In this document: positions 37,511-50,040 of the stretch, one piece after another | Layout of the letters: each line of letters starts with the position of its first letter | Position numbering within the stretch: position 1 is the stretch's first letter | Origin: Haliotis rufescens | Lineage: Eukaryota | Direction: 5' to 3' | NCBI RefSeq assembly: GCF_023055435.1 | Contig: NW_025964361.1 | Coordinates: 33,356,001 to 33,420,000, forward strand | Length of the DNA: 64,000 nucleotides | Notes under the pieces: model-generated | Told to the model about the DNA's origin: nothing | What the model saw: the letters and a program-made list of their open reading frames with translations, nothing else | Databases searched by the model: none | Translations under genes and position numbers: made by a program

Positions 37511-40264
37511 GAGGTGGGGAGAAAACATTTAGGGGTGATGTTTTTTGTGTAGAGAAATTATGTACTTGATCATACCAAACAAACAAAAAGGACAGTTGTC
37601 AACCATTTTAACATGTCTGATATGTTCATACCATATTTTCAAAGTTTTCTGTAACTTTATAATTTGACATTTCCAGTGGGACAAAAATAGGGCCCTTATC
37701 CTATATCATGCATTGCTCATTCTGAGCCACTTCAAGAAGTTAGTCAACAGTAAAATCATGTCTGCATCATAATGGCAACATAAGATTTATTTTTGTTTAC
37801 AAAAATATGAGGCTGTGACGATAATGGAGCCAGCATTCCAAACATATCAGTTTATATGTTCTTGTTCAAAGTCGTCACACCTTGCACGAACCTCCTTATG
37901 ATTTCAGAGCTACATAATTCATAAGTGTACAGAAGGGATTTCAATAGAGAAAACTGATATATTTCATATTTAAGTCATGTTCCAGCCAACACTTGATACA
38001 TGAAATATATCTTTTTTAACTGGGCTCCACCGAGCACTGTCAACTAGGGCCATTATTCAGTATTTGAACACATACAGCTTCAAAACAACAATCAATAGAA
38101 TATACAAAAATCTTTTTTGAAAAATGTATCAATGCTATGTACATTAAATGTTTATACCAATTATGGAAAAAAGCAAAATTAATGTTTAATTTGAGTGCCC
38201 TGCAGTCACATGGAAAAAGCACAAATGCGTTGCTTTAAAGTAATTTAATCTTTTTATATGGTTAATAGTTTTGTTCACGGACAGTATTTCATTTTCAGTA
38301 ACCTGCAGTGAAGTTTAAAATGAAAGAAATCTATTTTCTTCAACTTTCCAGCTCCAGATAAATTCTTGAGCAATTGAGTTTTTACTCTAGGGTTTCTATT
38401 TTAATTGGGTAATTACATTTTTCATTGGGTAACCAATATTTATCATTCTATTGTTTTTTTCCCAAAATTAGTGAACATTTCAAGATTTTTAAAAATTAAA
38501 TAATGTTTTAGATGTATATAACTGTTCTCAATATAAAGGCTTAACTTGGAAAGTAAATTAGCTCGTAATTGTGTTTCGGAAATTAGCTCCTTTGTACGAT
38601 GCTGAAAAAGCTTCATTGGGTATTTACGTGTGCTGTTTTTATACATTTAAGTTTTTCATTTAATGCAAGCGTTTCTGTACGCAAGTTAATTGAAAGTAAT
38701 TGGGATTGAATATTATTAATTTATTTGTTTTTTTTGGGGGGGGAGGTATTTTACGCAAATATTCAGCTTATCTGTAGCTCTGGACTTTCTGAATGTGTGA
38801 TGACCCCTTTTTGGGTAGATCACGTTTTCCTGGATAAATATTAGTTCTTGACATGACCTCTTACATTCATAGGACCATCTAAGTCCTGGGGTAAATCAAC
38901 AATATTCGAGTCATCATGATTGGTTGAAACTTGATACACCTCTGAGGTCACTGTGTGACCCATACATTTGCATAAAGCCAGGAGGGTCTTTACCAAGGGG
39001 TGCAGATTCAACTTTTAATGATTTAAGTTGTTTAGATTTTATATTCATAGAGAGTTTATGATGTGGTATTTTCAGTGATATTAAAACAGTATTGTGACAC
39101 AAACAGATTTGTAGTCATTTACTGATTGTATATGTATATAATTGAAATGTAGATAAAAATACTGTTCCTGAAATGTACTTGGAAGGAAAGGAAGACCAAC
39201 ATATTTTGAAGTATTTTGTTTTGTTTTAAACAAACTGTTTAATGTTTGAAATTTAATTGTTTAATGTCTGAAAGACTGCTTCTTTACAACTTTATGTACT
39301 CAGTGTCATTTCAATAGTTAATAGTGTTTGAAAAATGTGATAAATAATAAAATTAACAAACTATAATGTAGATAGCTATTGCAATAGCATAATTGTTCCA
39401 AGAAAAACAATAATTACATTTTTGTGTGAAGAAAACTCAAATTATAAAATCAGAAAATGCTCAAAATAAAAGAAATGAATGTCCGAGGATTCCTGATGGG
39501 AACAACAGGTGTCTTGTGTTGGCCTTAGCCTAGATTCAGGTGCACAGACACCGAGGTAGACAGACACAGGTAGATGTACACGCTTTGTGGGGCATGAATT
39601 ACAGGTAAACAACCATGGCTCCATACTGAACACCATGTTTACCTAGAGATCGGATCTGGCCATGGTGGGGTCCAAGATCTTGCAGCTGAAGACAACAGAC
39701 AATTGGGACACATTGTGCGAGTCACTGCTTCTGTGGGGGTAAGAGTTTCATGATTTACTTGACGCTTCTCTTCTGTAAGTACTGTAATTTAGTGTCTGAA
39801 TTCAAAGAGGATTGTTACGAATTGAAATTGGCATTAGTATGTATAAGGAGATATATTTGGAATTACTCTGATAGGAATTTATACATATTTATACATGTGA
39901 AGTATAATTGTTTGTTCGTGTGGGTACATATATGTGTTCATGTGAGTTCATTTTTAGATCCCAGACAACCCTCTGTATCTCGAGTAATGGATGTTATTGC
40001 CTTACACTTGTTGGATGAATTATATGAATAAAACCCATATCTAGGGGTGCTAGATGTGACAATAATGACAAATATGGACATGTCTTTAAAAAAATCAAAC
40101 ATAAAAATGAATTATAAGTGACATATTCAAAAATATTCTGAAAAATCCATATCTCTAAACAACAACAAATTTGTCCTTTTCCATTACTTTTGTTCCATCA
40201 AAGTAGAACTATTTGACTACAGTCATATTTAACCAATTGATGAATATAATAAATGGGGTTTAAT

Positions 40265-41066
40265 TGAATATTTTAGGCCATATACCTCATATGAAAACCA
40301 AGAAATCTATATGGATGCTGTCTTGGAACAGGTATTCTATACACTGAATATTTTAGGCCATATACCTCATATGAAAACCAAGAAATCTATATAGATACTG
40401 TCTTTGGACAGGTATTTTGTACACTGAATATTTTAGGCCATATACCTCATATGAAAACCAAGAAACCTATATGGATGCTGTCTTGGGACAGGTATTTTGT
40501 ACACTGAATATTTTAGGCCATATACCTCATATGAAAACCAAGAAATCTATATGGATGCTGTCTTGGGACAGGTTTTCTGTACACTGAATATTTTAGGCCA
40601 TATACCTCATATGAAAACCAAGAAATCTATATGGATGCTGTCTTGGGACAGGTATTTTGTACACTGAATATTTTAGGCCATATACCTCATATGAAAACCA
40701 AGAAATCTATATGGATGCTGTCTTGGGACAGGTATTTTGTACACTGAATATTTTAGGCCATATACCTCATATGAAAACCAAGAAATCTATATAGATGCTG
40801 TCTTGGGACAGGTATTTCATACACTGAATATTTTAGGCCATATATCTCATATGAAAAACTAGAAATCTATATAGATGCTGTCTTGGGACAGGTATTTCAT
40901 ACACTGAATATTTTAGGCCATATATCTCATATGAAAAACTAGAAATCTATATAGATGCTGTCTTGGGACAGGTATTTCATACACTGAATATTTTAGGCCA
41001 TATATCTCATATGAAAAAATAGAAATCTATATAGATGCTGTCTTGGGACACGTATCTTGTACACTG
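40265..41066. repeat. 80-bp tandem repeat x10
   Basis: tgaatattttaggccatata recurs every 80 bp. Confidence 0.96.
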
Positions 41067-41789
41067 AGGGAAGGATACAGTTCGCAGTTACTCACCAAGC
41101 TATTTGTCAGGGGAATTAGTTTAGCCCTTTGCCCATTAAATTGGAATGTTTTAGTAGTGATCTGTTTCTCAGCACATAGAATGTCACCAGCAAGTTATTT
41201 TGGAAGCATTTGCTAAAAGTCTCTGCATGTACAATTTAAGAGGTGTGAAACATGTTTTTTCCAACCACCGTGTTGATGTTTGTTCGGGAGGACATGCCCT
41301 GACTAAGCTGATTTCACTTAGACAAGGTGTTAAAACGACTAGAATCCAGTGCAAAAGAAACAAAGCTATTGAGAAAGCATACATATCTTACAAACATTGA
41401 TATTTGTATTTTTGTTATCTTCAATGTTGCTGATTTTTGTTCATAAAAGACATATGTACTACAATCTATGATGATTCATTTTCAAATTTTCGGTTTATAC
41501 ACTGTAGATACATACATCTAACCTAAAACTCTTGAAGAGATATATAAGTAAAAAAAATATTATGTTTTTGGTCCCCATCCACATCACTGAATGGGCTGCC
41601 TGTTGTAAAAATTGACCGTTATAAAAATGAGGATTGTGTTGTCACATGTTTCCCTAGGTTAATTATGTGTCATATCGTCATATCGTACTCGTAATCATCT
41701 CTGTCAATCTGTATTACCGCATGGTATAAATCATTTTTTCACTCTCTCATAGATATATTGTTTGCTGATAAATTATAATGTTTACACGA

Positions 41790-41910
41790 GGGGCGATGCG
41801 CTAGCCTAGTGGTTAGGCGTTCGCTCGTCAAGCCAAAGATCCGGGTTCGATTTCCCACATAGGTACAATGTGTGAAGCCCATTTCTGGTGTACCCTGCTC
41901 ATTCACTCAT
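41790..41910 (+). mobile_element. Diverged SINE family A
   Basis: Head and body match 14274-14380. Confidence 0.82.
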
Positions 41911-42046
41911 GCTCATAGTACCTGCTTGCTGACCTTCAGGAACTGCTGTTTGTACCTGCCCTCTATCCTACTGCCACGGAATATGATCAAGATTGCCCGT
42001 TAGAATATATTTCTCACCTTTATTCTCTTTCCAGATTTGCTCAACA

Positions 42047-42700
42047 ATGGGGTTTTGGACATGGTGTATCTGTTTGGCAGCCATTTTTATGGTTGCCATG
42101 GCAGCAGAGGAAGAAGTTTCAGGCGTGATCGTTATGTACGATCATCCTGCGAACCTTAGCTGCAAGGACAATTCCTTCGACCCCAATACAACACAGATGA
42201 CTGGATACCTTCTGATGTGGCTGCTTCCTAACGGCGACCTCGTGAAAACTTCCGACGACCATGACAGAGTGACTGTCTTTGACGAAGGCAGACAGATAAC
42301 GGTGAAGAAGGTTGACGATGTTGACTTTGGTATCTACAACTGTATCATCTACAGCAGCCAGTATGGATATCAAATAGTTCAGACAGGCATCAACCTGAAT
42401 GGTCCATACTGGGGGGACCTGACAGCGAAGTACCGCATGAACTTTATTGTCGGGGCAGTAGCAGCAGCCGTGGTCTTTTTAATCATGATGGGGTTCTGCT
42501 ACTGGATTGGCAGAAACAGCACCTTGGATACGGATGAGGATGAAAGAGTGAAAGCGTCCACTCTCTGGAAGTCTGACCTTGGTGTCGACAATGCTGCGGT
42601 GGAGTTGGGTGACGTCCAAGTCGACACTAAGACAGCACCGGAAAATGGAAACGTACCAATTTATACCGAAATAAGGAACGATCTGGCTACGAAACTGTAG
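42047..42700 (+). CDS. Single-Ig-domain type I membrane protein, paralog 3 (217 aa)
   Basis: Strong acceptor ttattctctttccAG at 42034; signal peptide MGFWTWCICLAAIFMVAMA; NLSC..LMW..DVDFGIYNC; GINLNGPYWGDL; TM; tail GVDNAAV and YTEI; C-terminus ATKL. Confidence 0.9.
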   Translation: MGFWTWCICLAAIFMVAMAAEEEVSGVIVMYDHPANLSCKDNSFDPNTTQMTGYLLMWLLPNGDLVKTSDDHDRVTVFDEGRQITVKKVDDVDFGIYNCIIYSSQYGYQIVQTGINLNGPYWGDLTAKYRMNFIVGAVAAAVVFLIMMGFCYWIGRNSTLDTDEDERVKASTLWKSDLGVDNAAVELGDVQVDTKTAPENGNVPIYTEIRNDLATKL

Positions 42701-44257
42701 ACGCCATATATGAGTCTGAGTTTGAACTGTTGATACAGCTATGAGTTAATGCCACCAAATGCATACATTTATATTTCCTTTTCTATAGGTCTCAGTGCTT
42801 TTGACCATGGCAATGATGACAGAACTGTCTTTGACATTTTTACTTGTTGCAAGATCAGTGAAAGATAGTGGGTGTGCTTACTGTTAAGACATTGTTACGA
42901 ATTTGAACATTTGATTCAGAAAGGTTTGTCTTTATTAGTAAAAGCAGAGGAAACAGAGGTCATAAAAAACACTATTCACACCTGGTCTTGCACATTTGAT
43001 CGTCTGTGAAAGAGATATGTTTATATACTGAAAACTCAAAAATGTTGATTCAAGAATTTCAATAAAATCAGTTGCTCACCTCATGTTAACAAAAGAGTTC
43101 ATTTATTTTGCCTACAATATATTGCCCTATATACAAAACTGAGGACCTAAACAAAGTACCTTCTTCGTCCCCACATACGTACAATGTGTAAAGCTCATTT
43201 CTTGTGTATTGCTGGAATGTTGCTAAGAGCGGCACAAATCCCTCTCTCAAACCACCCCTTAAATGTGTGTATAATTTGTATTTCCTCAATTGATTTGTGA
43301 AATAACACTAAATGGTCACTAAATGTGGAAACCAAGGGAGACAACTCTTCATCAACCACAATGTTATTGTCCCTTTATAACTTTGAACGTAACTAAGCTG
43401 AAAGTTGTGTGACATATATATTATTAGTACACCATATTGTATGACTACTTTAGGGTTATTTCGTACTAGCTATACTGTTTTGGGTTTTTTTGTAATTAAA
43501 CAGTTGGAAGTTTTAACCGGATATCTTTATACTCATATGTTCATAGACTTCATGTATATGAATTCATTATGATAATAAAACAGTATAACACAATAAATGT
43601 GTTTATTTTTAAAAATTATATCGTATGCATGATCTGTAAGGTATAAACATACCTTATTCTTGTTCATCCGTAACCAACTGTACTTCATTAGGTTCATACA
43701 AGTGTGAGCAATTCTATCATGTGTACAGGTACCGCTGGAAATAAAAACCACCATAGTAGTTTTGAGGTATACCCAGAGTGATATGGAGACAAAATGACGC
43801 TAACGGGGGGTAATCATCCACACATGGATAACCCTGTTTCATGTATGTGTCGGTTCATACCGATATCCCTGATAAACTTCTAGGGCAGTTTGTAAGTACA
43901 GTCTTTATAAAAGCCCCTTCTTAGACCAAACATGGACATGACAGTCTGAACTTTCATGTGTATAGTACAGATTCTTTTTTTTTACAGAAAACAGAGAGGT
44001 AGAAGGGATATTGTTCTCTACCACTCGATCACTGAAAATACACTTAACTGGCTGTGTGTGGTTTGAGTAAACACCCCCTGTTATACATTTTCTAAACATT
44101 TTATTATGGTGAAACCAGTACCCATGGAATGTACAATGGTGGTAAACGATCATATAGGTAATGTATCTTATATCTGCAATTTGGTGGATGCTCACTACTG
44201 GTATTCCGGCACGCTCCCTCCCTCTCTTCATCTCTATGAGTTGTTCCTCAGCAACAT

Positions 44258-44544
44258 TGGGGCATGGGTGGCCCAGTCGTCTAAGGCGCCGCGATTCGCT
44301 GTGCAGAGTTGCGTCCCTTAGGCACGCCAGAAACCTATGATTGTGGGTTCGAATCCCGGTTCGCCCCAATTATGTTTCTAGGTTTGTTGAGCACAATACC
44401 CGTGCTCGTGGGTTTCACCGAAGTGGTAAACGTCTGAGACTTGCATCACTTCAGGCTTTCCTCACATTAAGCTGACACGCCGTGATATGACTGGAATACT
44501 GTTAAAAGCGGCGTTAAACCCAACTCACTCACTCACTCACTCAC
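44258..44544 (+). mobile_element. Full-length SINE family B inserted in a decayed family C copy
   Basis: 13-bp TSD tcctcagcaacat; the C-like remnant continues at 44558-44730. Confidence 0.9.
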
Positions 44545-45088
44545 TCCTCAGCAACATAAGCTGGTCACAAGAGATGACCTTATGGATCTGGTAGGCAGGC
44601 TCTATGACTTGGCTGATTGCGTGTCATTGTACCCCGAAGGGGTGGATTGGTTGCCTGGTTCAGACGCCATTTAAAGACCACCATCTGAATATTGCTGTGT
44701 TCAGTATTACGACAAATAAACAAAACACAATCAGACGTGCATCAACATTTCAAATATAATGTACACTAAAAATATTATTATTGATGCTGTGAGAATATCA
44801 CGATCGAGACTAGAAGTCCTGCTAGAAGTTAATTTTGGGGGGAAACGAATCAGCGAGCTTTTGTTTCCCTCTTTCTTCCCGAATAAGAACACATTCACAC
44901 AATGTTCACATAATATTTGTTGCATTGTTACATCTTGCGATTGCAGCATGTTATTTCTAATTCATATGTCCCAAATTGTCAGCCCTGGATTCTGGGAAGA
45001 ATACATCCGCAGTAACCAATGCTTGCTGTAAAAGCTGATGAAGAGAACTGGATGGTCAGATTTGGTAGCCTGGCAGACTCTTTCTCAT

Positions 45089-46545
45089 CATGCCCTGATG
45101 GATCATTGGTCTTGCTTTCACTTTGTGTCACCATGCCCTGGTGGATCACTGGTCTTGTTATAACTGCGTGTCAGTATGCCCTGATGGATCATTGGTCTTG
45201 CCTTCACTGTGTGTCACCATGCCCTGATGGATCATTGGTCTTGCCTTCACTGCGTGTCAATATGCCCTGATGGATCATTGATCTTGCCTTCACTGTGTGT
45301 CACCATGCCCTGATGGACCATTGGTCTTGTTATAACTGCGTGTCAATATGCCCTGATGGATCATTGGTCTTGCCTTCACTGTGTGTCACCATGCCCTGGT
45401 GGATCATTGGTCTTGTTATAACTGCGTGTCAGTATGCCCTGATGGATCATTGGTCTTGCCTTCACTGTGTGTCACCATGCCCTGATGGATCATTGGTCTT
45501 GCCTTCACTGCGTGTCAATATGCCCTGATGGATCATTGGTCTTGCCTTCACTGTGTGTCACCATGCCCTGATGGACCATTGGTCTTGTTATAACTGCGTG
45601 TCAATATGCCCTGATGGATCATTGGTCTTGCCTTCACTGTGTGTCACCATGCCCTGGTGGATCATTGGTCTTGTTATAACTGCGTGTCAGTATGCCCTGA
45701 TGGATCATTGGTCTTGCCTTCAATGTGTGTCACCATGCCCTGATGGATCATTGGTCTTGCCTTCACTGCGTGTCAATATGCCCTGATGGATCATTGGTCT
45801 TGCCTTCACTGTGTGTCACCATGCCCTGATGGACCATTGGTCTTGTTATAACTGCGTGTCAATATGCCCTGATGGATCATTGGTCTTGCTTTCACTGTGT
45901 GTCACCATGCCCTGATGGACCATTGGTCTTGTTATAACTGCGTGTCAATATGTCCTGGTGGATCATTGGTCTTGCTTTCACCGTGTGTCAATATGCCCTG
46001 ATGGATCATTGGTCTTGCTTTCACTGCGTGTCAATTTGTCCTGATGGATCATTGTCGTGCTGTCACTGTGTCACCATGCCCTGATGGACCATTGTCGTGC
46101 TGTCACTGTGTCACCATGCCCTGATGGATCAATGCCGTGCTGTCACTGTGTCACAATGCCCTGATGGACCATTGCCGTGCTGTCACTGTGTCACCATGCC
46201 CTGATGGATCATTGCCGTGCTGTCACTGTGTCACCATGCCCTGATGGATCATTGCCGTGCTGTCACTGTGTCACCATGCCCTGATGGATCATTGGTCTTG
46301 CTGTCACTGTGTCACCATGCCCTGATGGATCATTGCCGTGCTGTCACTGTGTCACCATGCCCTGATGGACCATTGCCGTGCTGTCACTGTGTCACCATGC
46401 CCTGATGGATCATTGCCGTGCTGTCACTGTGTCACCATGCCCTGATGGACCATTGTCGTGCTGTCACTGTGTCACCATGCCCTGATGGACCATTGCCGTG
46501 CTGTCACTGTGTCACCATGCCCTGATGGATCATTGCTCTTGCCTT
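45089..46545. repeat. 43-bp array with a 258-bp hexameric higher-order repeat, switching to a 40-bp variant at ~46040
   Basis: Unit atgccctgatggatcattggtcttgccttcactgtgtgtcacc; near-identical spurious ORFs at 45295 and 45553 are 258 bp apart. Confidence 0.95.
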
Positions 46546-46864
46546 CAAACACAATAATGACCATGCTGCCATGATGTTGCTGGGATAATGTTAACAGTGG
46601 CTCTAAACAACATTCACTCACTCCGTATTATCTAAGGAATGAAACAGGCACAGCGTCTACCACTAACTACCATTACAGCAGGGTCAGCGACCCCAACATG
46701 AACAATACCTACGTGAACATACAGCAGGTGTTGTTCGAGCGGTCTGCATGTCCAGCAATGAGTGGGTGCTATTAGTTCCACTTTGGATGTTGATCATCCG
46801 TAGAGGACCGTCAGATCTGTGCTGAACCACGCACACTAACGTAGTCAATGTATTTAATGCCCAG

Positions 46865-47077
46865 GGCCCCGTTCCACAAAGTGGTCTTAGCGCTACGATA
46901 ATCGTAGATCTATGTTAAAGTAAGGGAGTTACGATCGTCATAGCGCTACGATCATCGTAAATCTATGTTAAAGTAAGGGAGTTACGATCGTCATAGCGCT
47001 ACGATCATCGTAAATCTATGTTAAAGTAAGGGAGTTACGATCGTCATAGCGCTATGGTCGCTTTGTGGAATGGGACC
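46865..47077. mobile_element. PIF/Harbinger-like MITE with 3 internal 53-bp repeats
   Basis: TIRs ggccccgttccacaaag / ctttgtggaatgggacc; TSD CAG. Confidence 0.8.
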
Positions 47078-47907
47078 CAGGGTGATTTGTATACATCAGC
47101 CCAAATTATTGGCTCCAGATAATTCTTTTAGCCAGTGCGTATTTACTAACATGTTATCATTCACTTTGGGTATTTATAAACCAATGAGTGGGCCTTTTTA
47201 AACATAATTCTGTTTAAAACTCTGTTTCAGGTCACTTGTCATTTGCGTCTATTAATGTGATGCCCCAATATACGATTCGTGTCTTCTTTAAAGTTAAGCG
47301 AGGACGTAGCACGTTTTTTCATTATTAACTGCAGTAGAGTACATGTATACTTAATGCCTGCATTCATTAAGCAAATAAAAATATAAAGAAATAAAAGTAT
47401 GCAAGCTGGAAGGCTACATTAGGTGATTACATACGGCGTCGTTATTCTGTTGGTTTTTTTTAGATAAATAATATTTGTACGCGAGCAACTAAAAATGAAG
47501 TGGGTTACAGTGATTTATTATGAGTACATGTATTTCACTAAATACGTTTGCTATTTTACGAAATATATACGCAGCGTATCTGGAGCTTTGAGTCAAATAT
47601 TGAAAAATGGGATGAGGCCATAATATATTAATTATGCCACTACGAAACACCCCATCTCACATTCATGCGGAGAAGATGATCTATGTGAATTGCCATGTTG
47701 TTTTAATTGATGAAATACACCACGCATAAGTAATCCTACCAAACGATCATGCCCCGCGTGAGTCACGTCAACAGTTAATGTCCGCAGATGCCTTGAACTT
47801 TTTTTTAAATATTTCTAAAAAAATGGAAATGCCTCACATTGTTTGATAAAATGTGTATGGAAATCTAATAATTATTTTTCTGTGGCCTAATCAATCAGGT
47901 GGTAAGG

Positions 47908-48177
47908 TTGGTTGGTTGGTTTGTTGTCTAACGCCGCACTCAACAATATTCAAGCAATATGACGGCGGTCTGTAAATAATCGAGTCTGGACCAGACAATC
48001 CAGTGATTAATATCATGAGCATCGATCCACGCAATTGGGATCGATGACATGCATCAACCACGTCAGCGAGTCTGACCACCCGATCCCGCTAGTCGCCTTT
48101 TACGACAAGCATAATCACCATAATACGGCAAGTATGGGTTGCTGAAGACCTATTGTACCCCGGAATCTTCACGGGTC
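47908..48177 (-). mobile_element. Full-length SINE-like family C
   Basis: 13-bp TSD tcaggtggtaagg. Confidence 0.92.
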
Positions 48178-49104
48178 TCAGGTGGTAAGGGTGCACACAG
48201 AAATAAGCATGCATTTCACGAGACTAATATGTTTAGGTTATTATTATGTAAAGTTATCATTATGAGTGAAAGATGAGTGGTGCTAAAATTACATGAAATG
48301 TGGTATCAGGATGGAATACATGGTGTACAATGTGTGAAGGGCCTCAGTCACACACAGCCCACTGTCCGGATAGGAAGACGACTACAAGGTGATGTATGTG
48401 ATGCTATTGTTCAATGTTGAATTCATCTTAAATTAAGGAGTACGGGCTGAAATAATGTTATCATGCAATGTATGTGTTTGCTATAGTGTTTATTAATTAC
48501 AGTAATGAAAAAATATATCCCTTATACTTATAGAGGTTCTTAATATTCTTCGTTGAGGGACTAACACAGTGTGAAATATGTTTTTTGCATGTTTCACCAT
48601 GCAATTCATTATATGCCATTTTGTATAGAGCTTCTTTGACAGCCCTGTGACTTCACGTGTGCCTTTATGTGTTCTGTCACTTTTGTAACTATAGTTGTCA
48701 AAATAATTCTACAAAAACAAAATCACCTACCTACAAACCAGTATCTCAAAGGCTGTTACCTGATTATTTATCTTTTGCCCTTTAAGTCATGTTTTTGGAT
48801 AGCATGATGGTTTTAGCATGGACTTTTCAAACCCAAGACCGTTCTATTCCCCGCAGTTTTGGTTTTTGGGTGTTTATAAATATTGTTGCATGGAGAGAAA
48901 AAAAATTGATAGAAATAAAAGACATATTTCTCTGTTTTTCTAATAGGACTTCTGAAGATGTTACATATTGTATGCACACAATGTTTTCGTCAACACCTTA
49001 TGTTTGCATTCGTCAAGATGAAAAAGAGTTGATATTAATAGATTTTGTCTTCACTTTTCATCAGCTTAGGGTCCGTGGATCTGTAAAACAAAATAGAACA
49101 GAAG

Positions 49105-49455
49105 TCTTTGATAGGCATTTAGAAGTTGGAAGAACATGAATACATGACATTTCCTATGGATAACAACTATTTAATTCTCTGTAATGACGTTTCAAGATTA
49201 TTTCCTGCTCCTTCATCAGATGAATGCTGAGTAAGCATATTGAGTGGAGGTTTCTCTCCCATCAATTCCATTAGTTTCGTTATACGGTTATCTGTGTACA
49301 TTAATCCTACCTTCTGTAGACATATCAGCATGACTATATATTAGAATCAACACGCCTAGTCAGTATCCACCTGATGAAGGGACAAGAAGTAGCCCTGGAA
49401 GACATCGTTACAAAGAATAAAGAAGTTGTCATCAATAGAAAAAGTGTCATGTATT
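49105..49455 (-). mobile_element. Penelope-type foldback element with a hammerhead-like core
   Basis: ~90-bp inverted arms; CTGATGA-stem-GAAACGTC on the minus strand at 49186-49219; tail at 49105-49140. Confidence 0.7.
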
Positions 49456-49460
49456 TAAAT

Positions 49461-50036
49461 TGCCTAACTCACTATGGATAAGAGGTATCAAACTGTGTTC
49501 TTTGTATTGCCAAACTCACTATGCATGGACAAGAGGTATCAAACTGTGTTCTTTGAATTGCCTAACTCACTATGGACAAGAGGTATCAAATTGTGTTCTT
49601 TGAATTGTCTAACTCACTATGGATTATAGGTATCAAACTATGTTCTTTGAATTGTCTAACTCACTATGGATAATAGGTATCAAACTGTGTTCTTTGTATT
49701 ACCTAACTCACTATGCATAGATAAGAGGTATCTAACTGTGTTATTTGTATTGACAAACTCACTATGGTTGAGAGGTATCAAACTGTGTTATTTGTACGGA
49801 CAAACTCACTATGGATAAGAGGTATTAAACTGTGTTCTTTGTATTACCTAACTCAATATGCATTGATAAGAGGTATCAAACTGTGTTCTTTGTATTACCT
49901 AACTCACTATGCATGGATAAGAGGTATCAAACTGTGTTCTCTGTATTGCCAAATCCACTATAGATAAGAGGTATCAAAGTGTGTTCTTTGTATTGCCTAA
50001 CTCACTATGCATAAGAGGTATCAAACTGTGTTCTTT
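49461..50036. repeat. 47/51-bp tandem repeat x~12 abutting the paralog 4 acceptor
   Basis: Unit tgcctaactcactatggataagaggtatcaaactgtgttctttgtat. Confidence 0.93.
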
Positions 50037-50040
50037 CAGC

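Noticed and set aside
35096-37586. 810-, 825- and 433-aa ORFs
   Set aside because: Translations of a stop-poor 30-bp minisatellite, open in many frames on both strands.
41993-42046. ORF-track N-terminal extensions (also 14586-14603 and 49981-50040)
   Set aside because: Non-ATG starts running through the intron acceptor; the downstream ATG begins the signal peptide.
42652-42672. ITIM in paralog 3 (VPIYTEI)
   Set aside because: The residue at Y-2 is Pro, not I/V/L/S; kept only as a Yxx-hydrophobic motif.
45019-46405. Cys-rich repeated ORFs
   Set aside because: Arise from the 43/40-bp satellite.
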